A DNA stretch of 61,594 nt. Origin: Deinococcota bacterium (lineage in GTDB: Bacteria; Deinococcota; Deinococci; Deinococcales; Thermaceae). The notes under the pieces are model-generated. The model was not told the origin of the DNA. It made no database searches and saw nothing but the letters and a program-made list of their open reading frames with translations. Each line of letters opens with the position of its first letter. The first letter of the stretch is position 1. A program made the position numbers and the translations under genes. The stretch covers positions 1 to 61,594 of the forward strand of contig JBGFRI010000021.1 of the NCBI GenBank assembly GCA_041695225.1, written 5' to 3'. Of the stretch, positions 32,354 to 41,835 are shown one piece after another.

Positions 32354-32515
32354 AGGCGAATAACCGTAAAGCTATATATCTACGTAACGCTACCCTAGCA
32401 CAACTACCAGGATGTGGGATGAGATGACGTCTATCTGTATGGGGGCTAGCCCGGCGCAGCCTGTCCCCTGCGCTTCGGTGTGGGTGGTGGAATCTGTGGG
32501 ACCACTACCCTGGTA

Positions 32516-33007
32516 TCAGCGGGTGAACGACCACCAGACCGGCTGGCCGTTCTGGTAGGGCATCACCCCGTGGAAGGGGCGGGGGTCGGAGTCGAAAACC
32601 AGCGGTAGAAAGTTCTTGTCGCCAGGCCACAAAGGCAGCTCCTGGCGCACTATTGTTTCCACCGGAACCCACTCCAGGCTACCCTCATGGTTCGCCGGCA
32701 GGGGTGTTCCCGTCCACTGCGGAATTACAAAAATAAAACCGAACCAGTCTTCGCCGTTTTTACCAAAGCCTGGCCAGGACAGGGTGCCGCGCAGGGTAAG
32801 TTGTTGGGCCTGGAGGCCGGCCTCTTCCAGGATTTCCCGCCGCATACCGGCAGCTATGTCCTCGGTGGGCTCGAGCTTGCCCCCCAGCCCGTTGTATTTG
32901 CCAAAAGCCGGGTCGTCGGGCCGGGTGTTGCGGTGTATCAGCAAGACCTCTTTTCCATCGGGCGAGAGCACATAGCCCAGGGTAGCCAGAATGGGGGTAT
33001 AAGCCAC
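32516..33007 (-). CDS. Nudix hydrolase (8-oxo-dGTPase-like)
   Basis: GGKLE...MRREILEEAG Nudix box. Confidence 0.92.
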   Translation of the reverse strand: MAYTPILATLGYVLSPDGKEVLLIHRNTRPDDPAFGKYNGLGGKLEPTEDIAAGMRREILEEAGLQAQQLTLRGTLSWPGFGKNGEDWFGFIFVIPQWTGTPLPANHEGSLEWVPVETIVRQELPLWPGDKNFLPLVFDSDPRPFHGVMPYQNGQPVWWSFTR

Positions 33008-33163
33008 AGCCCTAACCTACCGGTTGGGCAAGGGAGTTTTCAACTCGAGGGTTCGGCCCATGACCCGTTGGGTGGTCTTGCGCGGGCTGCCCTGATGGAA
33101 GCTGAACCGCAGAGGGTCAGTGCGCGGGATACCAGCCCACGCAGCCACAGAACGCGGGTCGTA

Positions 33164-33210
33164 GATTAGTCACTCCCGTCCCCGGCCGCTCCATCACTTT
33201 CTGACCATGG
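33164..33210. repeat. ~44-47-nt CCATGG-terminated unit, intergenic copy
   Basis: GATTAGTCACTCCCGTCCCCGG...CCATCAC...CCATGG, similar to the insert at 37264-37307. Confidence 0.8.
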
Positions 33211-33216
33211 CTGGTC

Positions 33217-33954
33217 CTAGTCACCCTTCCAGAGGATGCGACCACAAGAAGGGCAGCGCACTACCTTGCTGGCCTGGTGGATCTGCTGGGCCACGTGGGT
33301 GGGAAGCTGGACGTTGCAGGCGGTGCAACGGTAGCCGTTGCTGGTTTTGGCCATCTGGGCCAGGCCGGTGCCTTTGCGGGCCTTGCGAATGGACTCGTAC
33401 TCCTTGACGATGGGGGCAGGAATAGCGGCGGCCAACCGGTCGCGGATGGCTTTTTTGGACTGGTAGGTGGCCTCGAGGTCGTTTATGCGCTGCTGATTGG
33501 AGGCTTCCAGGGCCCCCAGACTGGGCTTGGCCTTGTCTACCTGGGCCTTTAACTGGGCCAGTTCTTCTTCCAGCTTCTCCATCTGCTCCATCAGTGGCAG
33601 GATCTGACCAACCACGTCCTTGTTGTTGCCCTCGAGGTCTTCGATCAGACCCGATAGCTGGCGGATCTGCTCACCGTACTGGGTTTGTTCCTTGGCGCCG
33701 GTGGCCTGGGCCTGGGCGGCCCTGGCCTTTTCGCGCTTGCTTTTGAGATCTTGCAGCTCGAGGTCGGCCTTGTGGTAGGCCAGCCGGACCTCTCGTAGCT
33801 GGTCTTGTAAACCGCCGAGCTGATTCTCCAGCGCCTTGAGGTGTAATCTAGCCAGTCTCAGATCCTCGGGAATGCGGGATTGATCTTCGCGGATCTGGTC
33901 AAGCTCGAGGTCACATTTCTGTAAGCGGTTCAGCTCGGCCAGAGGATCACTCAC
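33217..33954 (-). CDS. Coiled-coil protein with C4 zinc ribbon (DUF164-like)
   Basis: Long coiled coil, then CTAC...CPSCGRIL. Confidence 0.88.
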   Translation of the reverse strand: MSDPLAELNRLQKCDLELDQIREDQSRIPEDLRLARLHLKALENQLGGLQDQLREVRLAYHKADLELQDLKSKREKARAAQAQATGAKEQTQYGEQIRQLSGLIEDLEGNNKDVVGQILPLMEQMEKLEEELAQLKAQVDKAKPSLGALEASNQQRINDLEATYQSKKAIRDRLAAAIPAPIVKEYESIRKARKGTGLAQMAKTSNGYRCTACNVQLPTHVAQQIHQASKVVRCPSCGRILWKGD

Positions 33955-34016
33955 GCATACAGTCTAACACCCCAGATCGCGCCTGGGCTCAGGATGGTTG
34001 GGGCCGGGGCAAAAAT

Positions 34017-34631
34017 TTAGCCCGCAAGGTAGGGATTGCTGGCCATTTCTTCGCCAATTGTGGTGAGGGGACCGTGGCCGGGGTATACCACCGTCTGCTG
34101 GGGCAGCTGGGTGAGTCTCTTTAGCGAGGCGAAAAGGGCCTGCGGGTTGCAGCCCGGCAGATCGTAACGACCAATTCCACCCCGAAACAGCACATCCCCA
34201 CAGAGCAGATGCCCTGGTCTGTAAAAACCCACATGCCCTGGCGAGTGGCCGGGCAGAAACAGCACCCCCAGGCCCAGGCCAAAATCCAGGGTCTGTCCCT
34301 CGGCTAGTGGCTGCACGGGCTCGGGAGGCGGGGGGATGGACAGGCCCCAGCGGCCCGCGTTCTGGGCTGCACTCCGGTAGAAGACCAGGTCGTCCGGATG
34401 CAGGTAAACCGGAAGGCTCAGGGCCTCCACCAGAGGGGCCACCGCCCCCACATGATCGAAATGGGCGTGGGTTAGCAGAATGGCCTCCGGGGAGAGCCCC
34501 ACCCGTCGGGTCTCGGCCATAATGCGCTCGGGCTCGGCGCCGGGGTCTACAATCGCACCCCGCCCATCCTCGCCCACCAGCAGATAAGTGTTTTCCTGCA
34601 AAGGGCCGACACAAAGTCCGTATACCTTCAT
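34017..34631 (-). CDS. MBL-fold metallo-hydrolase
   Basis: THAHFDH, PGHSPG, GD and PGHG motifs. Confidence 0.92.
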   Translation of the reverse strand: MKVYGLCVGPLQENTYLLVGEDGRGAIVDPGAEPERIMAETRRVGLSPEAILLTHAHFDHVGAVAPLVEALSLPVYLHPDDLVFYRSAAQNAGRWGLSIPPPPEPVQPLAEGQTLDFGLGLGVLFLPGHSPGHVGFYRPGHLLCGDVLFRGGIGRYDLPGCNPQALFASLKRLTQLPQQTVVYPGHGPLTTIGEEMASNPYLAG

Positions 34632-34712
34632 GCCCTATAGCCTACAAGCTACGCTCGCCTAGCGGGCTGGTAAAACCTTCCTGCAGAGGGAATGACTGCT
34701 GAGAGCCGCACC

Positions 34713-35437
34713 CTATCGTTGCACCGGAAGGTCGGCCTCAGCTTCCCACTCGAGCATGCTGCCCAGATAGTTTCTGGCCTGTATGCCCTGCTGCCGCAGC
34801 AGCCAGAAGGCACTGGCGCTGCGGGCGCCACTGCGGCAGTAGACCCCCACCGTCTGCCCGACCTGCAGACCCAGGGCTTCGGCGCTGCCCAGCGCAAAAG
34901 CACCCAGCGGGATATTTTTCGCACCCGGAATTCGGGCTAGAGCAAACTCGTGGGGTTCGCGCACGTCGAGCAACAGCCCTGCCGGGTTCTGCAAAACTTC
35001 GTCGGCAGTCAGCAGGATCTGGCGGTTGAGCCTGGCCCAGGGCTGGCCAGGAGTGGGCTGGGCAGGGGTCTGGCTGGTGGCCAGGGCTTCCCAACCCTGA
35101 GGCCACAAATACACCTCCAGACCGCCCAGGGCAAGCATGAAGGTCGTCTTGCTCAGACGGGTATTGAAGCCGGCGTCATAGACCACCAAGGGCTGGTTGG
35201 GGCGAGCCCGTATGCGTCCGTTGAGGTCTGCCAGGGCCTCCTCTAGCCGCAGAAACTCGTCGTCGCTTAGGCGAGTCGCTTACGCGATTCCGGCAAAGCC
35301 GTAACCTAGCGGATGCGACCCCGAAAGCCAGAAAGATCTATGTTAATCGCCCCTTCCAGATGACCCTGGGCATACTCGGCGGGCGGGCGGCTATCTATAA
35401 GCAAGGCATTGGCGGGTGGGTCGGCACGAAGAATCAT
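34713..35437 (-). pseudogene. Tandem-rhodanese sulfurtransferase split by the 41-nt element
   Basis: LIDSRPPAEYAQGHLEGA...GRIR | insert | SDDEF...VYCRSGARS...GSMLEW. Removing 41 nt gives 228 codons. Confidence 0.88.
35268..35308 (-). mobile_element. 41-nt Y-shaped insertion element, copy 4
   Basis: Exact copy between codons CGC and AGC. Confidence 0.92.
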
Positions 35438-35757
35438 GCCCCAAATTGTACTAAGAGCGATTCCTCGGTAGCTTGTAGCAGGATTTGATGTGCTATTGCA
35501 CTGCCACCTCACTCAGTCCAGGGACCTGAGCGGTTTTCGAAAAGAACACCGCCAATCGAGCTGGATAGCATTTGCACCTCGGTAAGACCTGGGCCAGGCT
35601 CACCAGCGACCAAGACCAGGGGAATTCTGGCCCAAGCAGCTCTAATACAAAGCGCATGAATTGACAAGCGTTTCACAATTCTGCTGGCGGGCGGAATGGT
35701 GTGGTGACCAAGAAAACCCGGCCTCTCCAGATGCGAAACACCAGGATACCCACAAAG

Positions 35758-35799
35758 TTATCCACAGGAACCGGTAGCTTATCCACAGAGTTATCCACA
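35758..35799 (+). promoter_or_regulatory. Three perfect DnaA boxes
   Basis: TTATCCACA at 35758, 35779 and 35791. Confidence 0.8.
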
Positions 35800-35942
35800 G
35801 GCTGGGCTGACACTCCTTGGGTGCGGGCCAGGCGAACCAACCAGGGCCAGCCTTTTAGACAAATGTGAGTTAAAGCCTAAAGGAGCTTTAAGCGTTACAT
35901 GAGTACATACTTCACTTGTTTCTGCATCCAGGCCATAGCATT

Positions 35943-36422
35943 ATGTTTCAAAGGATATCTATGCAGAACAGCGATGCTTTGCCAGGCGTCAATCCCAAGG
36001 GTCTTTTGTACTATGTGGCGGGTCTGCTCAACCGGTGCCCCCACTGGGTGGCAGCACTGACCCCCGACCAGGGCCATGCTATTGCTCAGTCACCCACAGG
36101 CCAGCGCTACTTGTTTCAACTCGAGGTTCAGGCCCCTTCCCACGAAGGCGTATTGCACACTGTTGTGGCGTCTAAGCAGACCAACCAGGCCGATGGGGCC
36201 GTGCTTATTGCCGCTAACGGGCATTACAGCCCCCAGTTTATGGAGCTTGCTGGGGCTGCCGGGGTTAGGCTTTGGACCCTGGAAGAACTGGACTATCTGG
36301 TCATGGCCGCCGCCCTCGAGTCCAACGAACCACTAGCCTATCTGGGCCTTCTGCCCAAACCATCTAAAACTACCCCGGCCCCCCACCCCGAATCTGCGCG
36401 ACAGGCCAACCAGGGCTTTTAA
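35943..36422 (+). CDS. Hypothetical protein with Mrr/restriction-endonuclease-like fold
   Basis: ADGAVLIAANGHYS...ELAGAAGVRLWTLEEL resembles the Mrr catalytic-domain C-terminus. Start uncertain. Confidence 0.55.
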   Translation: MFQRISMQNSDALPGVNPKGLLYYVAGLLNRCPHWVAALTPDQGHAIAQSPTGQRYLFQLEVQAPSHEGVLHTVVASKQTNQADGAVLIAANGHYSPQFMELAGAAGVRLWTLEELDYLVMAAALESNEPLAYLGLLPKPSKTTPAPHPESARQANQGF

Positions 36423-36578
36423 GCCAGCAAAGCGTCTCAAACGCAGGACGCACCGGTTGCCAAAGTCGCAACCTACGTTTACTCGAGGCCATGGCTTTCG
36501 GGCATATACGGAAAATGTCTGAGGTCTCAGGTTTTTTGCTTGCGACCTGCGACATCTTTATTGGTATAAGCTGTCTGC

Positions 36579-36956
36579 ATGAGCCAGAAGCGAGTTCATA
36601 CCGATCAGGCGCCCCAGGCCATCGGCCCTTATAGCCAGGCTATTGTTGCAGGAGGAATGGTGTTTTGTTCGGGCCAGATTCCCCTGACCCCGGCCGGCGA
36701 GCTGGTAGCCGAAGATATCGAGGCTCAGACCCATCAGGTAATGCAAAACCTGGGCGCGGTGCTCGAGGCGGCTGGCAGCTCGTATGCCAGGGTGGTGCAG
36801 ACTACCTGCTACCTGGCCGATATGGCCGATTTCCCCATCTTTAACCAGGTCTACGCCAAGTACGTGCGAGAGCCTTTCCCAGCTAGGGCCACGGTGCAGG
36901 CAGCCCGTCTTCCACGGGAGGTTAGGGTGGAGGTTGCCTGCATTGCGCTGCTGTGA
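36579..36956 (+). CDS. ridA: RidA family enamine deaminase
   Basis: AIGPYSQA, SGQIP, PARA and VEV motifs. Confidence 0.93.
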   Translation: MSQKRVHTDQAPQAIGPYSQAIVAGGMVFCSGQIPLTPAGELVAEDIEAQTHQVMQNLGAVLEAAGSSYARVVQTTCYLADMADFPIFNQVYAKYVREPFPARATVQAARLPREVRVEVACIALL

Positions 36957-36993
36957 CAGCCTGGTCTGTGTCCAACCCTGAAGAGGAGCCCCC

Positions 36994-37535
36994 ATGCAGA
37001 TCGAACAGCGTCTGGAACAACTCGGTATTGTACTGCCCGAGGTCAAACCCCCCATGTTCAGCTTTGTGCCCTGGGTACAAAGCGGCCAGCTGGTCTTTGT
37101 GTCGGGGCAGGTTTCCAGCCTCAAAGGCAAGCTAGGGCGCGATCTCGCCACCGAGCAGGGCTACCACGCGGCCCGTGAAGTCGCCATCCGCCTGATCGCA
37201 GTGCTCAAGGATGCAGTGGGCGACTTAGACAAGGTCAGCCGGGTGGTCAAGCTTCTGGGCATGGATTAATCACTCCCGTCCCCGGCTATTCCATCACTCT
37301 GCCCATGGTCAATTCCATGCCCGACTTCGAGGAACAGCCCAAGGTTATCAATGGGGCCTCTGACCTGCTGCTGGAAGTATTTGGCGCCAAGGGCAAGCAC
37401 GCCCGCTCAGCGGTGGGCATGGCCCAGCTGCCCTTCAGCAGCAGCCTGGAAATTGAGGGGATTTTTGAAGTGAGGTCGTGCAGTTCCCTGAAAAACCCGG
37501 GGCTTTACAACAAATACCGCTTAAGCCGCAATTGA
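36994..37535 (+). pseudogene. RidA/YjgF-like paralog disrupted by a 44-nt insertion
   Basis: VVKLLGM | 44 nt | VNSMPDF...HARSAVG. Removal restores the frame (166 codons). Confidence 0.85.
37264..37307. mobile_element. 44-nt insertion flanked by CATGG direct repeats
   Basis: CATGG ATTAATCACTCCCGTCCCCGGCTATTCCATCACTCTGCC CATGG. Confidence 0.82.
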
Positions 37536-37577
37536 CAAACGCAGCCGCAAAAGCGGTAATCCCGATAGACTGGCCTT

Positions 37578-38507
37578 ATGAACCTCTACGAGCGTTTTGT
37601 GGCCCAAGACCTGCGGGCGCTGGCCCGGGCCATCACCCTGGTGGAGTCGGGGTATGCCGAAGGACAGGCCCTGCTGCACAAGCTACGCGGACGTGGCCAG
37701 GCCAAGGTGGTGGGCCTGACCGGCAGCCCAGGGTCGGGTAAGAGCACCCTTACCGACCGACTGATTGAAGCAGCCCGCCAGCGGGGGGAGGCTGTGGCGG
37801 TGCTGGCGGTGGACCCCAGCAGCCCCTTCACCGGTGGGGCCATTCTGGGTGACCGTATCCGCATGATGCGCCACCACCAGGACAAGAAGGTCTATATTCG
37901 CTCGCTGGCTAGCCGGGGGGCTCTGGGCGGGCTGGCTGGAGCGGCGGTAGCCACCCTGGCGCTGCTGGAGGCTTTTGGCTTTGATCGCATTTTTGTCGAG
38001 ACGGTAGGCGTGGGGCAGAGCGAGGTGGATATTGCCCGCGTAGCCGACACCACCGTCCTGATCCTGACTCCCGCCGCCGGGGACTCTATACAGGCTTTTA
38101 AGGCCGGGGTGATGGAAATTGCCGACCTGTTCGTGGTCAACAAGTTTGACCTGCCGGGGGGAGAGCGCATCGTACAGGAACTCAAAACCACGCTGGAACT
38201 AGCCGCACCGCGTCCCGCGGGCTGGAAGCCTCCGGTCCTGACTGCCGTGGCCCCCAAAGCCGAGGGCATCGGTGAGCTATTCGAGGGCCTGGAAACCCAC
38301 TGCCAGCACCTGCAGGAGCACAACCTGCTCGAGTCGCACCGGCTTGAGCGGGCTCGCTTTGAGGTCGAGAGCATAATCCAGGAGTGGGGCCGCCAGAAGA
38401 CCCGCGAGGGCCAAGACCTGATTGCCAGGGTAGCCCGCGGCGAGCTTACTCCAGAGGAGGCCGCCATGCAATTACTGGGTAAGGGTATGGGAATTCGGCT
38501 CGGGTGA
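37578..38507 (+). CDS. meaB: Methylmalonyl-CoA mutase-associated GTPase
   Basis: GSPGSGKST, VDPSSPFTGGAILGDRIRM, ETVGVGQSE and NKFD motifs. Confidence 0.94.
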   Translation: MNLYERFVAQDLRALARAITLVESGYAEGQALLHKLRGRGQAKVVGLTGSPGSGKSTLTDRLIEAARQRGEAVAVLAVDPSSPFTGGAILGDRIRMMRHHQDKKVYIRSLASRGALGGLAGAAVATLALLEAFGFDRIFVETVGVGQSEVDIARVADTTVLILTPAAGDSIQAFKAGVMEIADLFVVNKFDLPGGERIVQELKTTLELAAPRPAGWKPPVLTAVAPKAEGIGELFEGLETHCQHLQEHNLLESHRLERARFEVESIIQEWGRQKTREGQDLIARVARGELTPEEAAMQLLGKGMGIRLG

Positions 38508-38846
38508 AGGCCAGACTACCACCGGCTCCCGGGAAACCGTACCAGCTAGGTGGTAGGGTCAAAACACGAGCACGTCACCGGCAGCACTGGCCCACAGCCC
38601 GGGACAAACACTTTTTTGGACACGCCGCAAGCTGCTATATCGCGAGCAGCTGGCTTAAAGCTGTGCTTGAGTGAGAGGCGGCGTGGTGATCACACGCTAT
38701 CCAGAGAAGCCAGTCCCCAGCCAGCCACACCTATTCGGCGGCCATAACCAGAAGGTCTCAGGCTGCAGGTCACCAGCCGACAAAGACCTGCGACCTTTGA
38801 CCTGCGACCTTTTGTTGTGGGTGTACGATGTCATAATGTCGCGGTA

Positions 38847-40085
38847 ATGCCTGCAAGTAAAGCTGCCTCGATACCGTTCATTCTGGTTTCAGTGCTTATA
38901 AATGTAATGGGGCTAGGGCTGGTTATTCCGGTGCTTCCCAAGCTAATCCAGAGCCTGGCCGGGAGTGTGGAGGCAGGGGCACTGCTCAACGGCATCTTTT
39001 TTGCGGTATATGCCCTGATGCAGTTTGCCTTTGGTCCTGTACTGGGAATGCTCTCTGACCGGTACGGTCGTCGCCCGGTCTTGCTGGCCTCGCTGGTAGG
39101 CACCGGGATAGATTACCTGATTGCGGCATTTACCCAGTCCATCTGGGTGCTCTTTTTGGCTCGAGTGGTTGCCGGGGCGCTGGGCGCCAGCCTTTCCACG
39201 GCCAATGCCTACATTGCCGATATCTCCCAGCCCGAAGAACGGGCGAAAAATTTTGGCCTAATTGGGGCGGCCTTTGGGATGGGGTTCGTGCTGGGGCCGG
39301 TGCTGGGAGGGGTGCTGGGTAGTATTGACCTGCGCCTTCCTTTCTTATTTGCGGCGGGGCTGGCCTTCCTCAACTTTTTGTATGGCTATTTTGTGCTGCC
39401 CGAGTCGCTCAAACCCGAAAACCGCAGCGCGACAGCCAGGTCGCTCAATCCCCTAACCGGACTTGCCATTCTAGGCCAGACCTCCATCCTGCGCGGGCTG
39501 ATACTGAGCCTGTCGCTGATTTTTCTGGCTTTTGGGGCTTTGCAGAGCATCTGGGTCCTGTACACCGCTCATAAGTTCGGCTGGACTCCGCTGGAGGTAG
39601 GCTTTTCGCTGTTTCTGGTGGGTTTGGGCGGGGTGATCGTCCAGGCAGCGCTGGTGGGGCCGGTGGCAGCCCGATTTGGTGAGCGCAAGGGGCTTATTCT
39701 GGGGCAGAGCGTGGGGATTTTCTCCTTCACCCTCTATGGCCTGGCTACCCAGGGCTGGATGATGTACGCCATCATCGCCTTTGCAGCGCTTAGCAACCTG
39801 GGGCAGCCCCTCATTCAGTCTCTTTTGACCCGCGAGGTCTCGCCAAAGGAACACGGAGCCTTACAGGGCGCCCTGACCGGAGTGCAGAGTCTCACCCTGG
39901 CCACAGGCGCCTTAATCGGAGGGTTCATCTTTTCGCTGGTGGCCAAGCCGGGGCTGGCGCCCTGGCTGGTGGGCTTGCCCTTCTTCGTGGGGGCCTTGCT
40001 GTACCTGAGTGCGGTTATGAACACCGCGCGGCTGTTCCGCGCCACCCCGGATACTGGGTCTCACGCACGGATTGATCGGGATTGA
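38847..40085 (+). CDS. TCR/Tet-family MFS efflux protein
   Basis: LSDRYGRRPVLL and AYIADIS...GFVLGPVLGG motifs. Confidence 0.9.
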   Translation: MPASKAASIPFILVSVLINVMGLGLVIPVLPKLIQSLAGSVEAGALLNGIFFAVYALMQFAFGPVLGMLSDRYGRRPVLLASLVGTGIDYLIAAFTQSIWVLFLARVVAGALGASLSTANAYIADISQPEERAKNFGLIGAAFGMGFVLGPVLGGVLGSIDLRLPFLFAAGLAFLNFLYGYFVLPESLKPENRSATARSLNPLTGLAILGQTSILRGLILSLSLIFLAFGALQSIWVLYTAHKFGWTPLEVGFSLFLVGLGGVIVQAALVGPVAARFGERKGLILGQSVGIFSFTLYGLATQGWMMYAIIAFAALSNLGQPLIQSLLTREVSPKEHGALQGALTGVQSLTLATGALIGGFIFSLVAKPGLAPWLVGLPFFVGALLYLSAVMNTARLFRATPDTGSHARIDRD

Positions 40086-40212
40086 AGGCGGGCTTACCCG
40101 TAAGCTGACATGGCTATGAAACAATGATGCCAGAATCATCGCTAGGTGGCCAGCCAGGTTTGTAGGTTTGTCGGGCCACTTCACACAAAAAAAGTCTTTT
40201 GACCGGAGCACC

Positions 40213-41667
40213 ATGAAAGAGCCAGGTGAAATCAGGCGCCTCGAGGGTCTTTACCACCGTCTAGTTGAGCTGCAGGGCAAGGTTGAGCAAAAGGGCCAGG
40301 AACAGTACCAGCACTGGCTCCCCTACCTCAAACGACCGGTTTTTGTACACTCGGCGCGCAACCTGGCCGATTACCTGGCCTTGCGTGAACACGACCTGCG
40401 CCCGCTCCAGCGCGAACTGACTACCCTGGGCCTCTCGTCGCTGGGACGGTCTGAGTCCAGGGTGCGCGAGAACCTAAAGGCAGTACTGGCCTCGTTACAC
40501 CGCATCCTGGGCCTGGGCGAGCTGCCCTATCCCCCGGCAAAGAACTTTTTTGCCAGCGAAGCCCGCCTGCAAGCAGCGGCAGAGGAATTGTTTGGCCCGG
40601 GCCAGGGAACCCGAATTCTGGTTACGCTCCCCGAGCAGGTTGCGACCGAACCCGAGCTGGCCTGTGGTCTGGTCAAAGCTGGCATGGATGCAGCCCGCAT
40701 CAACTGCGCCCACGGCAGTCCCGAACTCTGGGGTGAGATGATTTCCCAGGTAAGACAGGCCGCCCAGGAACAGCCGATACCCATTTTGATGGACTTAAGT
40801 GGGCCGCGCCTGCGCACCGAGCAGGTCCGGGCAGATCGTCGGCTTTTTCCCCGCGATCAGCTGATGCTCACCACCAGGCCGGTTGGGCGAGACCAGGACG
40901 GGTTCTGGGCCTCGGTTACACTTCCTCTGGCCCTGGAAGGTTTGCGGGCTGGGCACCGGGTTTTTGTGGACGAAGGCAGGCTCGAGGCTTTAGTAGAACA
41001 GACCAGTACCGAGATGGCGCTGCTGCGGGTAGTCAACACCCCGCCCAATGGCTTCAAGCTGCGCCCCGAGAAAGGGCTAAACCTGCCCGATACACCTCTG
41101 CCTATCGAAGCCCTGAGCGATAAAGACCTGCAAGACCTCGATTTTGTTGCCCGGCACGCAGACCTGGTGGGCTATTCCTTCGTGCAAAGAACCGGCGATG
41201 TGGAGCGCTTACTGCACGAGCTGGAAGCCCGCCAACCACTGCGCCTGCGGGGAATCGTGCTCAAAATTGAGAACTCCCTGGCCGTGAGCAACCTGCCCGA
41301 CCTGATGGTGCGGGCCGCCGGGCGCTGGCCCACTGCCATCATGATCGCCCGCGGCGACCTGGCCATTGAGCTGGGCTACCAGCGGCTGGCCGAGATGCAA
41401 GAAGAGATTCTTTGGCTGGCCGAGGCCGCCTCGGTGCCTGTAATCTGGGCCACCCAGGTACTAGACCGCCTGGTGAAAAAGGGCACCCCATCCAGAGCCG
41501 AGGTCTCCGACGCAGTGCTGGCTGCCAGAGCGGAGTGTGTGATGCTCAACAAGGGGCCTTATTTGCAGCAAGGCATCCAGGTGCTGGACGAAGTACTACA
41601 GCGAATGCAAACCCACCAGTACAAAAAAACCCCCAGGATGCGAGCGCTCAAAGCCTGGGCCCGCTAG
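40213..41667 (+). CDS. pyk: Pyruvate kinase (atypical form)
   Basis: ARINCAHG, KIE, MIARGDLAIE, WATQVL and ECVMLNKG motifs. Confidence 0.88.
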   Translation: MKEPGEIRRLEGLYHRLVELQGKVEQKGQEQYQHWLPYLKRPVFVHSARNLADYLALREHDLRPLQRELTTLGLSSLGRSESRVRENLKAVLASLHRILGLGELPYPPAKNFFASEARLQAAAEELFGPGQGTRILVTLPEQVATEPELACGLVKAGMDAARINCAHGSPELWGEMISQVRQAAQEQPIPILMDLSGPRLRTEQVRADRRLFPRDQLMLTTRPVGRDQDGFWASVTLPLALEGLRAGHRVFVDEGRLEALVEQTSTEMALLRVVNTPPNGFKLRPEKGLNLPDTPLPIEALSDKDLQDLDFVARHADLVGYSFVQRTGDVERLLHELEARQPLRLRGIVLKIENSLAVSNLPDLMVRAAGRWPTAIMIARGDLAIELGYQRLAEMQEEILWLAEAASVPVIWATQVLDRLVKKGTPSRAEVSDAVLAARAECVMLNKGPYLQQGIQVLDEVLQRMQTHQYKKTPRMRALKAWAR

Positions 41668-41835
41668 GAGTGTCTCAAGTCTCAAGTCTCAAGTCGCAGG
41701 TCGTTTTGGACTGCGACCTGCGACCTTTTTTGACCTCATACCGCTTTTTGGCGGACTGGGTAGCGTTCTGTCGAGCTCGGCATACTCAGGCTAACGGCCT
41801 TACGCCTCGGGTTGAAAACCCAGCAAGTCATCGGC

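Noticed and set aside
35758..35900. Chromosomal oriC
   Set aside because: Only three boxes and no dnaA/dnaN nearby; kept as a DnaA-box cluster instead.
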